Shown: one piece after another, positions 27,795 to 37,558 of the stretch
Numbering within the stretch: the first letter of the stretch is position 1
How the letters are laid out: each line of letters opens with the position of its first letter
IMG/VR virus record: IMGVR_UViG_3300043410_001892
Location: 248,001 to 312,000 of that record
DNA length: 64,000 nucleotides
Direction: 5' to 3' (one strand)
Position numbers and translations under genes: made by a program
Notes under the pieces: model-generated
Told to the model about the DNA's origin: nothing
Seen by the model: only the letters and a program-made list of their open reading frames with translations
Database searches by the model: none

Positions 27795-28170
27795 AATAGT
27801 TGGACTTGTAAACAAGTATGGATTTCCAATTGTTATGGCAGTGGGAATGGGATATATTATACGTTATGTGTGGGAATGGTCTACTAAAGAAGTTAAGCCA
27901 GTTATTAGTGAAGCTAACACTGTATTGATCGCACTTATTGATCGTATTCGTATGTTAGATAATGATTTGATCCGATTAAATCAAAAGGTAAATACAGTAT
28001 TGCATTTACGTGGTAAAATTATTGAAAGTGATCGAGTTATGGAACAAGTTAAAGTTGATCGAGAAGCTTCAAAACAATTTGATAAAGCAGTACGTATGGA
28101 TGACCCTAAACTACCAAAGAAGAAAGGAAAATCTGAAGACGACAGTACTGCAGCAGCTGGAGAAAGTTAA
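27781..28170 (+). CDS. small membrane protein, paralog of 27313
   Basis: VNKYGFPIVMA TM segment followed by LIDRIRMLDNDLIRL. Confidence 0.7.
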   Translation: MEMSEIVGLVNKYGFPIVMAVGMGYIIRYVWEWSTKEVKPVISEANTVLIALIDRIRMLDNDLIRLNQKVNTVLHLRGKIIESDRVMEQVKVDREASKQFDKAVRMDDPKLPKKKGKSEDDSTAAAGES

Positions 28171-28172
28171 GA

Positions 28173-28415
28173 ATGAAAATAAGTGAGTTATTAGAAGGTA
28201 TTGATTTAGATGAAGCGAGAATACCTACTAGTAAAGAATTGAAAAATGCTTTGATGAAGAAAGGTTATACACCGAGTGAAGGTGGAGAACATATGAAGTT
28301 TCATGCACCTGACAAGTCACATCATATATCAATGCCTCGAGGGCCAAAACCGTTAAGTATTGGCCTTGCAAGGTCTGTTATGAAAAAAGCGGGAATTACT
28401 GACGCTGATTTTTAA
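28173..28415 (+). CDS. HicA-like mRNA interferase domain, no HicB neighbour
   Basis: LMKKGY..GGEHMKF..ISMPRG.K.LSIGLARSVMKKAG. Confidence 0.75.
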   Translation: MKISELLEGIDLDEARIPTSKELKNALMKKGYTPSEGGEHMKFHAPDKSHHISMPRGPKPLSIGLARSVMKKAGITDADF

Positions 28416-29105
28416 TTACTTCTGTTGTAAGCTACGATATTCTTCTACAGTAATAAATTCTACTAATTTTTCTATTTTATATTTTGTAGTGTTATTTGCT
28501 TTAGCGCAAGCATGTATTCCATGATATACTTCACCGTTATAGCGACAAGGTTTAGAATGTACTAAAGCGTGTTCAACACCGTATGTTTGCTGTACACCTG
28601 ACTTTCCTTTATTCCACGGTTCTTTACCTTTGTTAAAATGTTCTTGTGTTTCCCATCGCTTACGAAGTCCTTCAGAAGTTTTTGGTTTAGGTATTCCTTT
28701 CTGTTTTCCTTTTGCATTCTCGCTAATTTTTTTCCTAATCTCTAACGTATGCTTTTTACCGTAGTATCCGTTTTTCTCGCCTGTGAGTTTTTCTTTTTTA
28801 CTCATAGCTTCTTGCCATGCAGGACAACTAGACATATCCCCGCCATCGCCTGATTCTTTTTTTAAATTAGCCCATTCTTTGCTTTCTACAATATTCCATA
28901 AATCACTATAATAAATACCTTTTTCTATCAATTCTTCTTTACTGTTAGTTTCTAATAGTATTTCTGTAGTATAGTTGTAACCATGTTTTTTAAGGTGTCT
29001 AATCCACATAGTTCCGCTACCTGGATACCTATGCGGATCTTGTTTTGTAGTTTTTCCTAAATATTTTAAACCCGTTTCGTTGTGTGTTTTAACGTACAAA
29101 TACAT
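28416..29105 (-). CDS. GIY-YIG (Seg-like) homing endonuclease with NUMOD3 repeats
   Basis: YLYVKTHNETGLKYLGKT...YPGSG, NGYYGKKHTLEIRKKIS. Confidence 0.85.
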   Translation of the reverse strand: MYLYVKTHNETGLKYLGKTTKQDPHRYPGSGTMWIRHLKKHGYNYTTEILLETNSKEELIEKGIYYSDLWNIVESKEWANLKKESGDGGDMSSCPAWQEAMSKKEKLTGEKNGYYGKKHTLEIRKKISENAKGKQKGIPKPKTSEGLRKRWETQEHFNKGKEPWNKGKSGVQQTYGVEHALVHSKPCRYNGEVYHGIHACAKANNTTKYKIEKLVEFITVEEYRSLQQK

Positions 29106-29149
29106 TATAGTTCTCCTTTAATGTATTTATTCTCATGTGCAATGAATAG

Positions 29150-31195
29150 TTATTTTTCCGTAGCTATCCATTCTCCATTCCAGTTATCACCTAAATCTTG
29201 TTGTTTCATAAAGTCACAACGTTCAATCCATATTTTGTAGTATTTGTCCATTTGTCCACCAAAGGTGCCTTTCATAGTTTTACACATTGCAGCAGCTTCA
29301 TCAAACTTCTTTTGTTTATATAAGTCGTGCATGAGGTTGTGTAAGTCTTTATCTTTACTATAATCAGCACCTTTGGTGCGTAATGCAGTATAGATTAAGT
29401 CTGCAACTGTTTTACCTTTTGGTTGTAAGTTATCTAACAGTAAGTAAAAGAAATCGTCTTTAGTTCTGTTATATGTTTCAGCACCAATGATACATAGTAC
29501 ACCGTATGCTTTACAACGTGCTTCTAAACGAGCAGCAGTTGAAACCATATCACCTAAGATATCATAGCTGTGTCTATCACTAGAACCCATTTCGCCAATG
29601 AAGCCTATTCCGCTATTACACCCCCAGCCCATAGCTGCGGGTGGTAACCCTTTGGCTTCCATAATCTTAGTATATGTATCGACTGCGTCTAGCATTTCTA
29701 AGCCAACTTTAACAATAGTACGAGCATGATTTCCATCATCAATTGGAGCACCGTGAATATGCATTGATGCATCTCCTACGTACTTAATAACCATACCTTG
29801 ACTATCCATAATAGGTTTACTAATACTATCCATATATCCGTTCATGTATAGACCTAGACCTGCAACATCATCGCCAAAGTGTTCACCAATTGGAGTAAAT
29901 CCGCGCAAATCTGAGAACATAACTGAAACATCTTTACGTACACCTTGTTTAATTAAGTCTGGATTTTCTTGTAGCATTTCAACTACTTTTGGAGAGCAGT
30001 AGCCAGCAAATTGTTTTTTAATAGCTAGTTTTTGAGTTAGTTCATCCACAAACTTAACAGTATAAGCATGAGCATAAACAAGAGTAAATCCAGATACAAC
30101 AAATGTTGCATCCAAAAGAATATTATAAGTGGTGAAAGCATAACTAAAAGCATAAGGTATACCACCAATGAAAGCAATAATAGGAACAAAGCCGTATCTC
30201 CATCTTGTTAAAAATATAGATCCAATTGCAAGTACAATAAAACCTAATAGTTCAGCACCGTCTGCATAATCAGGTCGTACAATATTAGTACCGGATACTA
30301 ATGTGTCTAAAACCGCACCTTGAACTTGATGCGGAAACTGTTCTCCTCTAGCAGTTGCAACTGGGTTATTGAGTCCCCTTGCAGTAAGTCCGACAATGAC
30401 GATCTTTCCGCCAAAGAATTCTGGGAGATCAGTGATTGGAAAACTTTCAGGTTGGTGGGACCAGTCAATCCAAACTCTACTATAGGGGTCTGTTGCAATT
30501 TTTCCAAACTTAGGTATTCTGACAGCTTCGACTCCAATGTCTGAGATTTTAACTTGGAAACTTGGATCTCCACTTGCGACTCTAAGTGTGTCCAGTCCAA
30601 GGCTTGGATAGAGTTTTCCTTTTGATGAAATAACCATTGGCATTCTTCGCACGACGCCATCAAGTTCTGGGAAAGTGTTAACAATACCAGCACCAGCAAT
30701 AACATCATTAAGTTCTTTAGTATTTGCTTGTATGTTTTCATAATTTACAGTAAAAGGTTGATCTTCGTTACCGATTACACTAACGCCTGGACGAAATGCA
30801 ATAGTATCTGATTTTATAGGTTCGTTAGTTCCAGTTTGCGGTAAGATTACAGGAACTGTTGTCATAAGTTTAGCTAAGACTGGGTCTTTTTTAAATCTAT
30901 CAGCATCTGGCATAAAGATGTTGAATACAACTAAGCCAGCACCTCTTGAATACAACTCTTCAATTATTTGAGCATATATATCACGTGAGAATGGGAATTG
31001 ACCATACTTCTCTAATGCAGCATCGTCGATGTTTACTGTAGCAACAGATGATTCTTGTATAGGTTTACTTGTAATAAGTGTATCAAAGTATCTTAATCTC
31101 ATACTTTCTACAAATGATGGATCTGCAATTCTTATAGCTGCAACTAGCATAAGAGTTAAAAGAGCAGTCCATGGGTTTAATAATATTTTCTTCAT
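29150..31195 (-). CDS. CHASE2-domain membrane class III adenylate/guanylate cyclase
   Basis: VNIDDAALEKYGQFPFSR (CHASE2), three TMs, FSDLRGFT, KYVGDA, YDILGDMVSTAARLE. Confidence 0.92.
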   Translation of the reverse strand: MKKILLNPWTALLTLMLVAAIRIADPSFVESMRLRYFDTLITSKPIQESSVATVNIDDAALEKYGQFPFSRDIYAQIIEELYSRGAGLVVFNIFMPDADRFKKDPVLAKLMTTVPVILPQTGTNEPIKSDTIAFRPGVSVIGNEDQPFTVNYENIQANTKELNDVIAGAGIVNTFPELDGVVRRMPMVISSKGKLYPSLGLDTLRVASGDPSFQVKISDIGVEAVRIPKFGKIATDPYSRVWIDWSHQPESFPITDLPEFFGGKIVIVGLTARGLNNPVATARGEQFPHQVQGAVLDTLVSGTNIVRPDYADGAELLGFIVLAIGSIFLTRWRYGFVPIIAFIGGIPYAFSYAFTTYNILLDATFVVSGFTLVYAHAYTVKFVDELTQKLAIKKQFAGYCSPKVVEMLQENPDLIKQGVRKDVSVMFSDLRGFTPIGEHFGDDVAGLGLYMNGYMDSISKPIMDSQGMVIKYVGDASMHIHGAPIDDGNHARTIVKVGLEMLDAVDTYTKIMEAKGLPPAAMGWGCNSGIGFIGEMGSSDRHSYDILGDMVSTAARLEARCKAYGVLCIIGAETYNRTKDDFFYLLLDNLQPKGKTVADLIYTALRTKGADYSKDKDLHNLMHDLYKQKKFDEAAAMCKTMKGTFGGQMDKYYKIWIERCDFMKQQDLGDNWNGEWIATEK

Positions 31196-31818
31196 TATTG
31201 TCCTTGTTGTACTGATATTGGTGCGCATCCGCCTGCAGTAGCGCAGTTAGAGTTTATAGAATAAATTTGTTGAGTAGCACCGCTTTGTCTTAGGTTTAAA
31301 CTAGCAGGCTGTCCAGATAGAATAACTTCAGACATATGAGGTGCTGCTCCTTCTTGTATAATACTAACATTCTTATTACCACCTGAAAGATTAACTGTTG
31401 CATAATGATTACCTTCATCAGTTTGGTGAATGCTAAGTAAGTTATTATCATCAGCTACTGTAGCAAATATACCTTTCCCAAAGCTAGTAGCTGTAGTTGT
31501 AGTTTGTTCAAGATCTATAGTATTAGTGTTACCAGTTGTTGATAAATCAACAAAATTAGTTTGCAAATCGTTAGTTCCAATTTGATTGATTGTTACACTA
31601 TTACTACTACCCACACCTGTATAGTTAGTGTAGTTATTTTTTGTACCAATTTGTTCAACGGTAATTGTATTATCATTACCAGATTGCATAATAGTTGATT
31701 GATTATCAGAAGTTGGTCTTGACACAAACGTCATTACTTTAGCAACATCTGCAGGGTTTGCAGGCGGTAATGCATAACTTACTGAGGTTGCTAATAATAA
31801 AAGAAACATAAATCTCAT
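31195..31818 (-). CDS. secreted curlin-repeat-like protein
   Basis: repeated Q-x-G-x-x-N (MQSGNDN, EQIGTKN, NQIGTND, HQTDEGN). Confidence 0.75.
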   Translation of the reverse strand: MRFMFLLLLATSVSYALPPANPADVAKVMTFVSRPTSDNQSTIMQSGNDNTITVEQIGTKNNYTNYTGVGSSNSVTINQIGTNDLQTNFVDLSTTGNTNTIDLEQTTTTATSFGKGIFATVADDNNLLSIHQTDEGNHYATVNLSGGNKNVSIIQEGAAPHMSEVILSGQPASLNLRQSGATQQIYSINSNCATAGGCAPISVQQGQ

Positions 31819-32897
31819 TTGTGTAATACTCCGTTAGTTTGTGTAATATTTACTGTATTGCCGCCAAACCCTCCTTGACCTATAAGAGCCGATGACAGTG
31901 TGTTATCTTGTGTCACTGATACTGTAGTGTTTGAATTATATCCTTGTGTTTTAACTTCTGAATAATGATTCATAGGTGAAATTCTGTAAGCAATTGCTTT
32001 ACCCTTTTGTTCACCTTCTCCATCCGGATTTTCCCACATTAGGCAAACAGTAGTAATTGGATTACATCCATTATCAAATTTAAAGTTTAATATTGCTCGA
32101 ATATGTGCGTCCATTGTTTCTTGAGTCTTTGATACTTGATTTGCTAACCTACGCGTAGCTTCTTCTTCAACTTCTTCCTGTTCTTTATCCCATTTAGTTT
32201 TAGCTGCTTCTTTAACAGCTTTTGTAAGTTCAGGAGGTTTAAGTAGAATCAACGTATTGTTGATCTTTGATTCAAGTACACTAACAATAGTTGGAGGACT
32301 AGGCATAACAGTACGACTTTGAACATACGTTGCATGGAATGCTTGATCTAATACTACTTTACCTGCTTCATTCTCAACTTCAATTTGTCCTGACTTGCAT
32401 TGATTTTCTTCAAGTTCGTATTCTTTAACTTGCTTGTCATCTTTGCAACTTGGTAACAGTACAATTAAAGATTGACCAGCTTCGTCAACTGTCATGGAAA
32501 AGTCAGTACCTCTAACTGCAATAGTAGCAGTAGGAGTTTGAATACCAACTTGTTGTGGATTAGCTTTAGCTATCTGCCCACTTGCATAACGTACAGTTCC
32601 CATACCAACTTTTAATGCAAGTTTACCTGCATCAGATTGCTTTGGATCGTAAACAAAGTCATCTATAACTAATCGACTATTTTCTGTTACTTTAACTTTT
32701 GTATCGTCTTTGAATATTAAATTGCTAACGCAACTACCAGTAGAATACGCATCCATACTTTCTATTGATGCGCCTTTATCACCAGTAAGTTTTTCTTTAT
32801 TACGTTCAATATTACACGCAGTTCCTTTGGCATCAGATACTGAACCAATACCTGCGTGTACATTTGTAACTAAAAGAAAAAATAGTAAGATCCACAT
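31815..32897 (-). CDS. FecR-domain periplasmic protein
   Basis: FKDDTKVKVTENSRLVIDDFVYDP, IQTPTATIAVRGTDF. Confidence 0.88.
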   Translation of the reverse strand: MWILLFFLLVTNVHAGIGSVSDAKGTACNIERNKEKLTGDKGASIESMDAYSTGSCVSNLIFKDDTKVKVTENSRLVIDDFVYDPKQSDAGKLALKVGMGTVRYASGQIAKANPQQVGIQTPTATIAVRGTDFSMTVDEAGQSLIVLLPSCKDDKQVKEYELEENQCKSGQIEVENEAGKVVLDQAFHATYVQSRTVMPSPPTIVSVLESKINNTLILLKPPELTKAVKEAAKTKWDKEQEEVEEEATRRLANQVSKTQETMDAHIRAILNFKFDNGCNPITTVCLMWENPDGEGEQKGKAIAYRISPMNHYSEVKTQGYNSNTTVSVTQDNTLSSALIGQGGFGGNTVNITQTNGVLHK

Positions 32898-33676
32898 TAT
32901 CTTGCAACAGCTGATTTTTCGCCTACTATACCTAATGTTGCATCATTAGTTGAATGTACAGTAATTGTATTGTTATTACCGGTAGTATTGATATCAATCA
33001 TAGAATCATTAGACCCTTGTTGCTGTGTAACAATTGAGTTAAAGTCACCAGTGATTAGTTGTGTAAGTTGATGTCCAATACCGCCATTATCTTGTTCGTT
33101 TATAAAAGAGTTAAAGTTACCATTTGCGGTAGTAGTATCAATTCCATTCATACTATTTAATCTTGTAGTAATTTGGTTAGACGAACCAGTTATCGCAATT
33201 GTACTATGTATATTATCTTTAGTTAGTGATTGAATAATAAAGTTTGTATCTCCACTAACTGTTTCATTTACTATGTTAGTAGATGACGGAGTTCCTGTAA
33301 CACCAATAGTAAGTAACGTTTGATTTTGCATTCCTGTTATCAGTGATGAGTAAATGTTATTGTTACCATTGATGTTATATTGTGCCCAGTTCCCGTCGCC
33401 TGTTTGATTAAGAGTTACTTGGTTAGTATTTCCTGTAATCGTTGCATAATTCGTTGTGGCTGCAGCACTTGGTACAAACGAAGTAATAATGTTGTTAGCA
33501 CCGTAAGATATAGGAGAAACAAGTGTTGTGCCACCAACATTATTAGTTCCGCCAATCTGATCAATAATAATTGTGTTTGTATTACCAAGTTGTTCAATGT
33601 ATACATTATTAGTTCCTGTTGGTCCAGCTGCAAGTACAGAATTACTGAGTAGGAGTAGAACTAATAACTGTTTCAT
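32897..33676 (-). CDS. secreted curlin-repeat protein
   Basis: signal peptide MKQLLV; NNVYIEQLGNTN, QIGGTNN, QTGDGN, QQQGSND repeats. Confidence 0.78.
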   Translation of the reverse strand: MKQLLVLLLLSNSVLAAGPTGTNNVYIEQLGNTNTIIIDQIGGTNNVGGTTLVSPISYGANNIITSFVPSAAATTNYATITGNTNQVTLNQTGDGNWAQYNINGNNNIYSSLITGMQNQTLLTIGVTGTPSSTNIVNETVSGDTNFIIQSLTKDNIHSTIAITGSSNQITTRLNSMNGIDTTTANGNFNSFINEQDNGGIGHQLTQLITGDFNSIVTQQQGSNDSMIDINTTGNNNTITVHSTNDATLGIVGEKSAVAR

Positions 33677-34499
33677 TGCTGGTCTCCTTAGATTGTTCTT
33701 TAAAAGACCAATGTCCTTTTCTCGCTCCTTCTTTAATAGTTTCAAGCACTGCAGCTTGAATTGCCTTATTAGTTGCCTTATTAATACTTTCATTAATACT
33801 TCCACCTATTTCTGTTTCTAACATCTTTGTGTCAGAAGAGAACATTCTTAATACACCTACTTTATCCATATAACTTAGAACAGTTTTTGTTACTACTACC
33901 GATGTTAAAATTTCACCAGAAGTAACAGAAACTACTCTCAAGCTAACTGTAACTGTATCGCTTTGGTATTGCGTTTCACCCCCAATACCAAAGATCCTAA
34001 CACCAGCACCTCCTGTGACTGTGTTAGAGTCGTACCCAACAATTGCACCTTCTGCAATAATACCAGCAAAAGTCATAGCAGGTAACGGTGTTGCAGCATC
34101 CTTTCCTTGGAACTGCTCGCGGGTTTGACGAATCATTTGCCGCTCTTTAATTAGATTATCTAATCCAACTCTTTCTAGTACTATAAACCATCGATTATTA
34201 CCTACTTCTTTTAATGCTTTAATTAAGTAATTTTCTGCACCTTGGGTAACAGCTGAACTTAAACTAGCAATATTTGGAACTGATTTACGTTGCCCAGTTT
34301 TATCATTAAATCCGTATACTGCAATTGGTATAGGACCAGTAGTAGGCGGTGCAAGTAAGTTTTCTTCTTTTTTCATAAAAGGAGTATCATCAATAATTGG
34401 ATCATCAAATTGTTCACCTGTTATGAATTTTTCAATTGTGCTAGTAGTAGCGCATCCGTAAAGTAATATGGTTGTTATTAGTATGAGTAGTTTTTTCAT
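33642..34499 (-). CDS. csgG: curli secretion channel lipoprotein CsgG
   Basis: LYGC lipobox, VYGFNDKTGQRK, SSAVTQGA, VLERVGLDNLIKERQMIR, EGAIVGYDSN. Confidence 0.92.
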   Translation of the reverse strand: MKKLLILITTILLYGCATTSTIEKFITGEQFDDPIIDDTPFMKKEENLLAPPTTGPIPIAVYGFNDKTGQRKSVPNIASLSSAVTQGAENYLIKALKEVGNNRWFIVLERVGLDNLIKERQMIRQTREQFQGKDAATPLPAMTFAGIIAEGAIVGYDSNTVTGGAGVRIFGIGGETQYQSDTVTVSLRVVSVTSGEILTSVVVTKTVLSYMDKVGVLRMFSSDTKMLETEIGGSINESINKATNKAIQAAVLETIKEGARKGHWSFKEQSKETSNETVISSTPTQ

Positions 34500-34507
34500 G
34501 CTTTACC

Positions 34508-34981
34508 TTAAAAATAGAAAGTGCCCGCAGGTACTTTCATCAATGTTGTTTGATCTGGATTAAGATTATTTGTAATACTAATAACGATCATTCCTTGATC
34601 AGAGCCTTCACCTAAACTCCATGAAACTGTACTCCCTCCAAGATCGGGAATAGTTCCACATGTTATACCAGGTTCGGTACATTTAGTTCCGTCAGCAAAC
34701 ATACTATCAGTAAGTTGTTTTGCTAACTGTGAATATATTCTTGATTCTAAATTTGATAGAAATTTAGCTTGTGGAGTATTAAGTGCAAGAGCGTCTGCTT
34801 TGGCTTGTATTGCATCAGCAAGTGCTTTATGTTTTTCAACATTTTGCTGTTCAAGTTGTTGAATAGTTAGAGTATGATTACTATAACCAATGCCGCTAAA
34901 TGCTGGGCTATTAAAGCTATGTTGGAGTTCAGCAGAATATGCTGTTGTTGATACTAGTAGTAATGCTAATAGTTTTTTCAC
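34508..34981 (-). CDS. csgF: CsgF-like curli assembly protein
   Basis: AELQHSFNSPAFSG N-terminus, LESRIYSQLAKQL; upstream of csgG. Confidence 0.7.
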   Translation of the reverse strand: MKKLLALLLVSTTAYSAELQHSFNSPAFSGIGYSNHTLTIQQLEQQNVEKHKALADAIQAKADALALNTPQAKFLSNLESRIYSQLAKQLTDSMFADGTKCTEPGITCGTIPDLGGSTVSWSLGEGSDQGMIVISITNNLNPDQTTLMKVPAGTFYF

Positions 34982-35170
34982 TTCAGTCCCCTTTAAGTTA
35001 TTATGTATTTACCTAAAAAAAGTAGTAATTTTTAGAACTGTAATATAAGAGATAAATAACTATAACAACTTAGGACCGTCACATTTATGTGCCTAAGGCG
35101 TCAAGGTTGCCCTACCTAGCAGTTTGAGATTCGCTACCTCTTATAACTGTAAACAGGGCTTTTTTTTTGA

Positions 35171-35578
35171 CTAATTATCAGTCTTATGAGCAAAGTTAGT
35201 AAAATAGTCTACTTCTTTGTCACCGTATGTTTTCTTAGCTGGTCTTTTCTTAGTTGGAGCTGGAGTATCAGTATCAGTAGCTTTAGTACGACCGGTACTA
35301 CTAATCTTTTTTAAATCTGCATCTATTTGTTCTCTTCGTCTTTTTGCCTTTGCTTCCGGAGTATTTTGTGCAGCAAGTTCCTTATCTTTCTTTTCTTTTT
35401 CAAATTTTTTAAAAGCAGCAATATCAGCTTCGGCTTTTTGTTTTGCAGCCCATTGTTTCTTTTCTTTAGCAGTTGCATAACGTGGCGGTTGTTTTGGTTT
35501 GTCTTCTTTTTTCTCTTTTGGTTTTGGAGCCATTAGATCAAGTTCTTTTTGAGAAAACATAATTTCGTCTATTTTCAT
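35171..35578 (-). CDS. Lys-rich hypothetical protein with MKIDEI N-terminus
   Basis: 135 aa; TAAATA upstream. Confidence 0.55.
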   Translation of the reverse strand: MKIDEIMFSQKELDLMAPKPKEKKEDKPKQPPRYATAKEKKQWAAKQKAEADIAAFKKFEKEKKDKELAAQNTPEAKAKRRREQIDADLKKISSTGRTKATDTDTPAPTKKRPAKKTYGDKEVDYFTNFAHKTDN

Positions 35579-35624
35579 AATTTAAAAATCCTATGATTAA
35601 AACTATATTTATGCTAAATACTAC

Positions 35625-35975
35625 ATGAGAATATTTGAAATTACTGCACACATGTCAATAGATCCGGATAACTACGGAACTACTATACAAAGTTGGAATA
35701 AGAAGGAACGACATAAAGTTAAAGAAATTCCAATGTCACAACTTATAACATTTGAGCATCCTGATAAGATGAAAGATCCTGCAAGTAAGCAGAATATGAT
35801 GAAGATTGCTAAGGCATATCATATGGGAGAACGTATACCACCTATCATGGTTAAAAAACATGATGATAAGTATATGATATTAGATGGGCATCATAGATAC
35901 TTTGCTGCAAGACTTGCAGGGATAAGATCTATCCCTGCAATCATTATACCTGATGATAAAATTACTATTGATTAA
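35625..35975 (+). CDS. ParB/sulfiredoxin-like domain protein with MRIFEI N-terminus
   Basis: IPPIMV...YMILDGHHRYFAA; TAAATA-CTAC-ATG. Confidence 0.8.
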   Translation: MRIFEITAHMSIDPDNYGTTIQSWNKKERHKVKEIPMSQLITFEHPDKMKDPASKQNMMKIAKAYHMGERIPPIMVKKHDDKYMILDGHHRYFAARLAGIRSIPAIIIPDDKITID

Positions 35976-36846
35976 GTTTTGATTTAACGTATTCAACAAT
36001 TTCAAAACCAACATTAGTATTGCAGAAGTGATCAAATCCATTAAACCCTGGATTAGAATTAGCTTCGCAAACTTTAAAACCGTTTTTATCAAATAAGAGA
36101 TCAACACCTGCTATTTCTAAACCAAGAGCTTGTGTTGTTGCTAATGCAATTGATTCTATTTCTGAAGTAACTGGATATGGTTCGCCTTTCCCACCAATTG
36201 TAATATTAGCACGAAAATCACCAGATGGAGCAGTTCGCTTCATTGCACCGATGACTTTATTACCTACTACAATAACTCTTAGATCAACACCTGGTTGATC
36301 TCCAAGATACTCTTGTACCAGAAGTTTCTTTTGGTTATCAAGATTTTTTAAGAATTCGATTAATTTTCGATACTCGTGCTCACTATGACACAAGTAAACA
36401 CCTTCTCCAAAACTACCAACTAAGACTTTAATTACGCAGGGAAATCCTATATGTGTTGCGATTAAGTCGTTAGTGATGGGAAAGTGTACAAGCATAGTAG
36501 TCGGAACTGCTATATTAGCTTGTGATAAGATTTGACTAGTATGAAATTTATTCTGTACTATGTTTACACTGTCGCTTGAATTTATACATGGAATGCCATG
36601 TAATTCAAAATATCTAACTACGGCCAATTCAACTGAAGTAATGCCTGCACCTAGTCTTACTAATACTAAGCTAGGGAGATCAAAATCTTCACCAAGATAT
36701 TTAATAGGTTGATTTATAACAATATCAAAGTTATTAAATTGCCGCACAGATGCATCGATACCAGCAGCTATAAAATTAGATAATAATTTAGCAGTTTCGT
36801 ATTCGATTAAAGTGTGTTTTGTAAGAATTATAACTGTTTGTTTCAT
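35965..36846 (-). CDS. RimK-family ATP-grasp ligase
   Basis: QNKFHT, VIKVLVGSFGEGV, DLRVIVVG, DFRANITIGG, GVDLL, EANSNPG. Confidence 0.92.
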   Translation of the reverse strand: MKQTVIILTKHTLIEYETAKLLSNFIAAGIDASVRQFNNFDIVINQPIKYLGEDFDLPSLVLVRLGAGITSVELAVVRYFELHGIPCINSSDSVNIVQNKFHTSQILSQANIAVPTTMLVHFPITNDLIATHIGFPCVIKVLVGSFGEGVYLCHSEHEYRKLIEFLKNLDNQKKLLVQEYLGDQPGVDLRVIVVGNKVIGAMKRTAPSGDFRANITIGGKGEPYPVTSEIESIALATTQALGLEIAGVDLLFDKNGFKVCEANSNPGFNGFDHFCNTNVGFEIVEYVKSKLNQ

Positions 36847-36880
36847 AGTGTATTTATCTGTATAAATACACTATTCAACT

Positions 36881-37558
36881 TTACATTTCAGGAAATAGAC
36901 ATTCGTGTACGAATAATTTAACATCTTCGTCACTTAGTCCAAGTGCAGCCATTACTCGAGGGGTGTGCGGTATTTGTTTTTGTTGTATAGCATAAAAGTT
37001 TTGTGCTTGCACCGTGCTTTTAACTGTGTTATTTGTACGCGCAACGTTTGAAACATAGTAGTTGCTTGTTGTTTGTACAATGCTATTTATTTGTGTAATT
37101 TCATCTTGTTTTTGAATATTACTTGCTGCAATTATATGTGGGGAAAATATATCCTTCCCCCACTCAGGAATTTCTCGAACCTTTTCCCAAGTAAGTTTGT
37201 TTACTTCTTGGCTAAAAAAATCTATCATTGGATGATCAACATCACCTGCAGGACTGTAATCATGAAAGAATCCAGTAATCTTATTACGTCCTGCAACAAT
37301 GTCGCAACCAAAGATAGGAGCCGGGTTATGAATGTGAGGAAAAATACAGCAATGCATCATCCATAACCCGTTACCATCTGAAGCATCTACTACATTAAGA
37401 TGCGCTCTACGATATGCATTGCTAGTCCAAACTCTGTTGATCCAGCCATTATAGTTAAATCGTTCTAAGCCAGGTTCTTCAATTTCAGTACCTGACTGAT
37501 TAAACAATTCTTCTAAATGATGCTGGACTTTAATTAGTTGTGTCTTTAGCTCAGTCAT
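36881..37558 (-). CDS. pcyA: ferredoxin-dependent bilin reductase (PcyA/PcyX-like)
   Basis: RRAHLNV, MMHCCIFP...PIFGCDIV, PEWGKDIFS, Q-x-x-IPHTPR. Confidence 0.82.
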   Translation of the reverse strand: MTELKTQLIKVQHHLEELFNQSGTEIEEPGLERFNYNGWINRVWTSNAYRRAHLNVVDASDGNGLWMMHCCIFPHIHNPAPIFGCDIVAGRNKITGFFHDYSPAGDVDHPMIDFFSQEVNKLTWEKVREIPEWGKDIFSPHIIAASNIQKQDEITQINSIVQTTSNYYVSNVARTNNTVKSTVQAQNFYAIQQKQIPHTPRVMAALGLSDEDVKLFVHECLFPEM

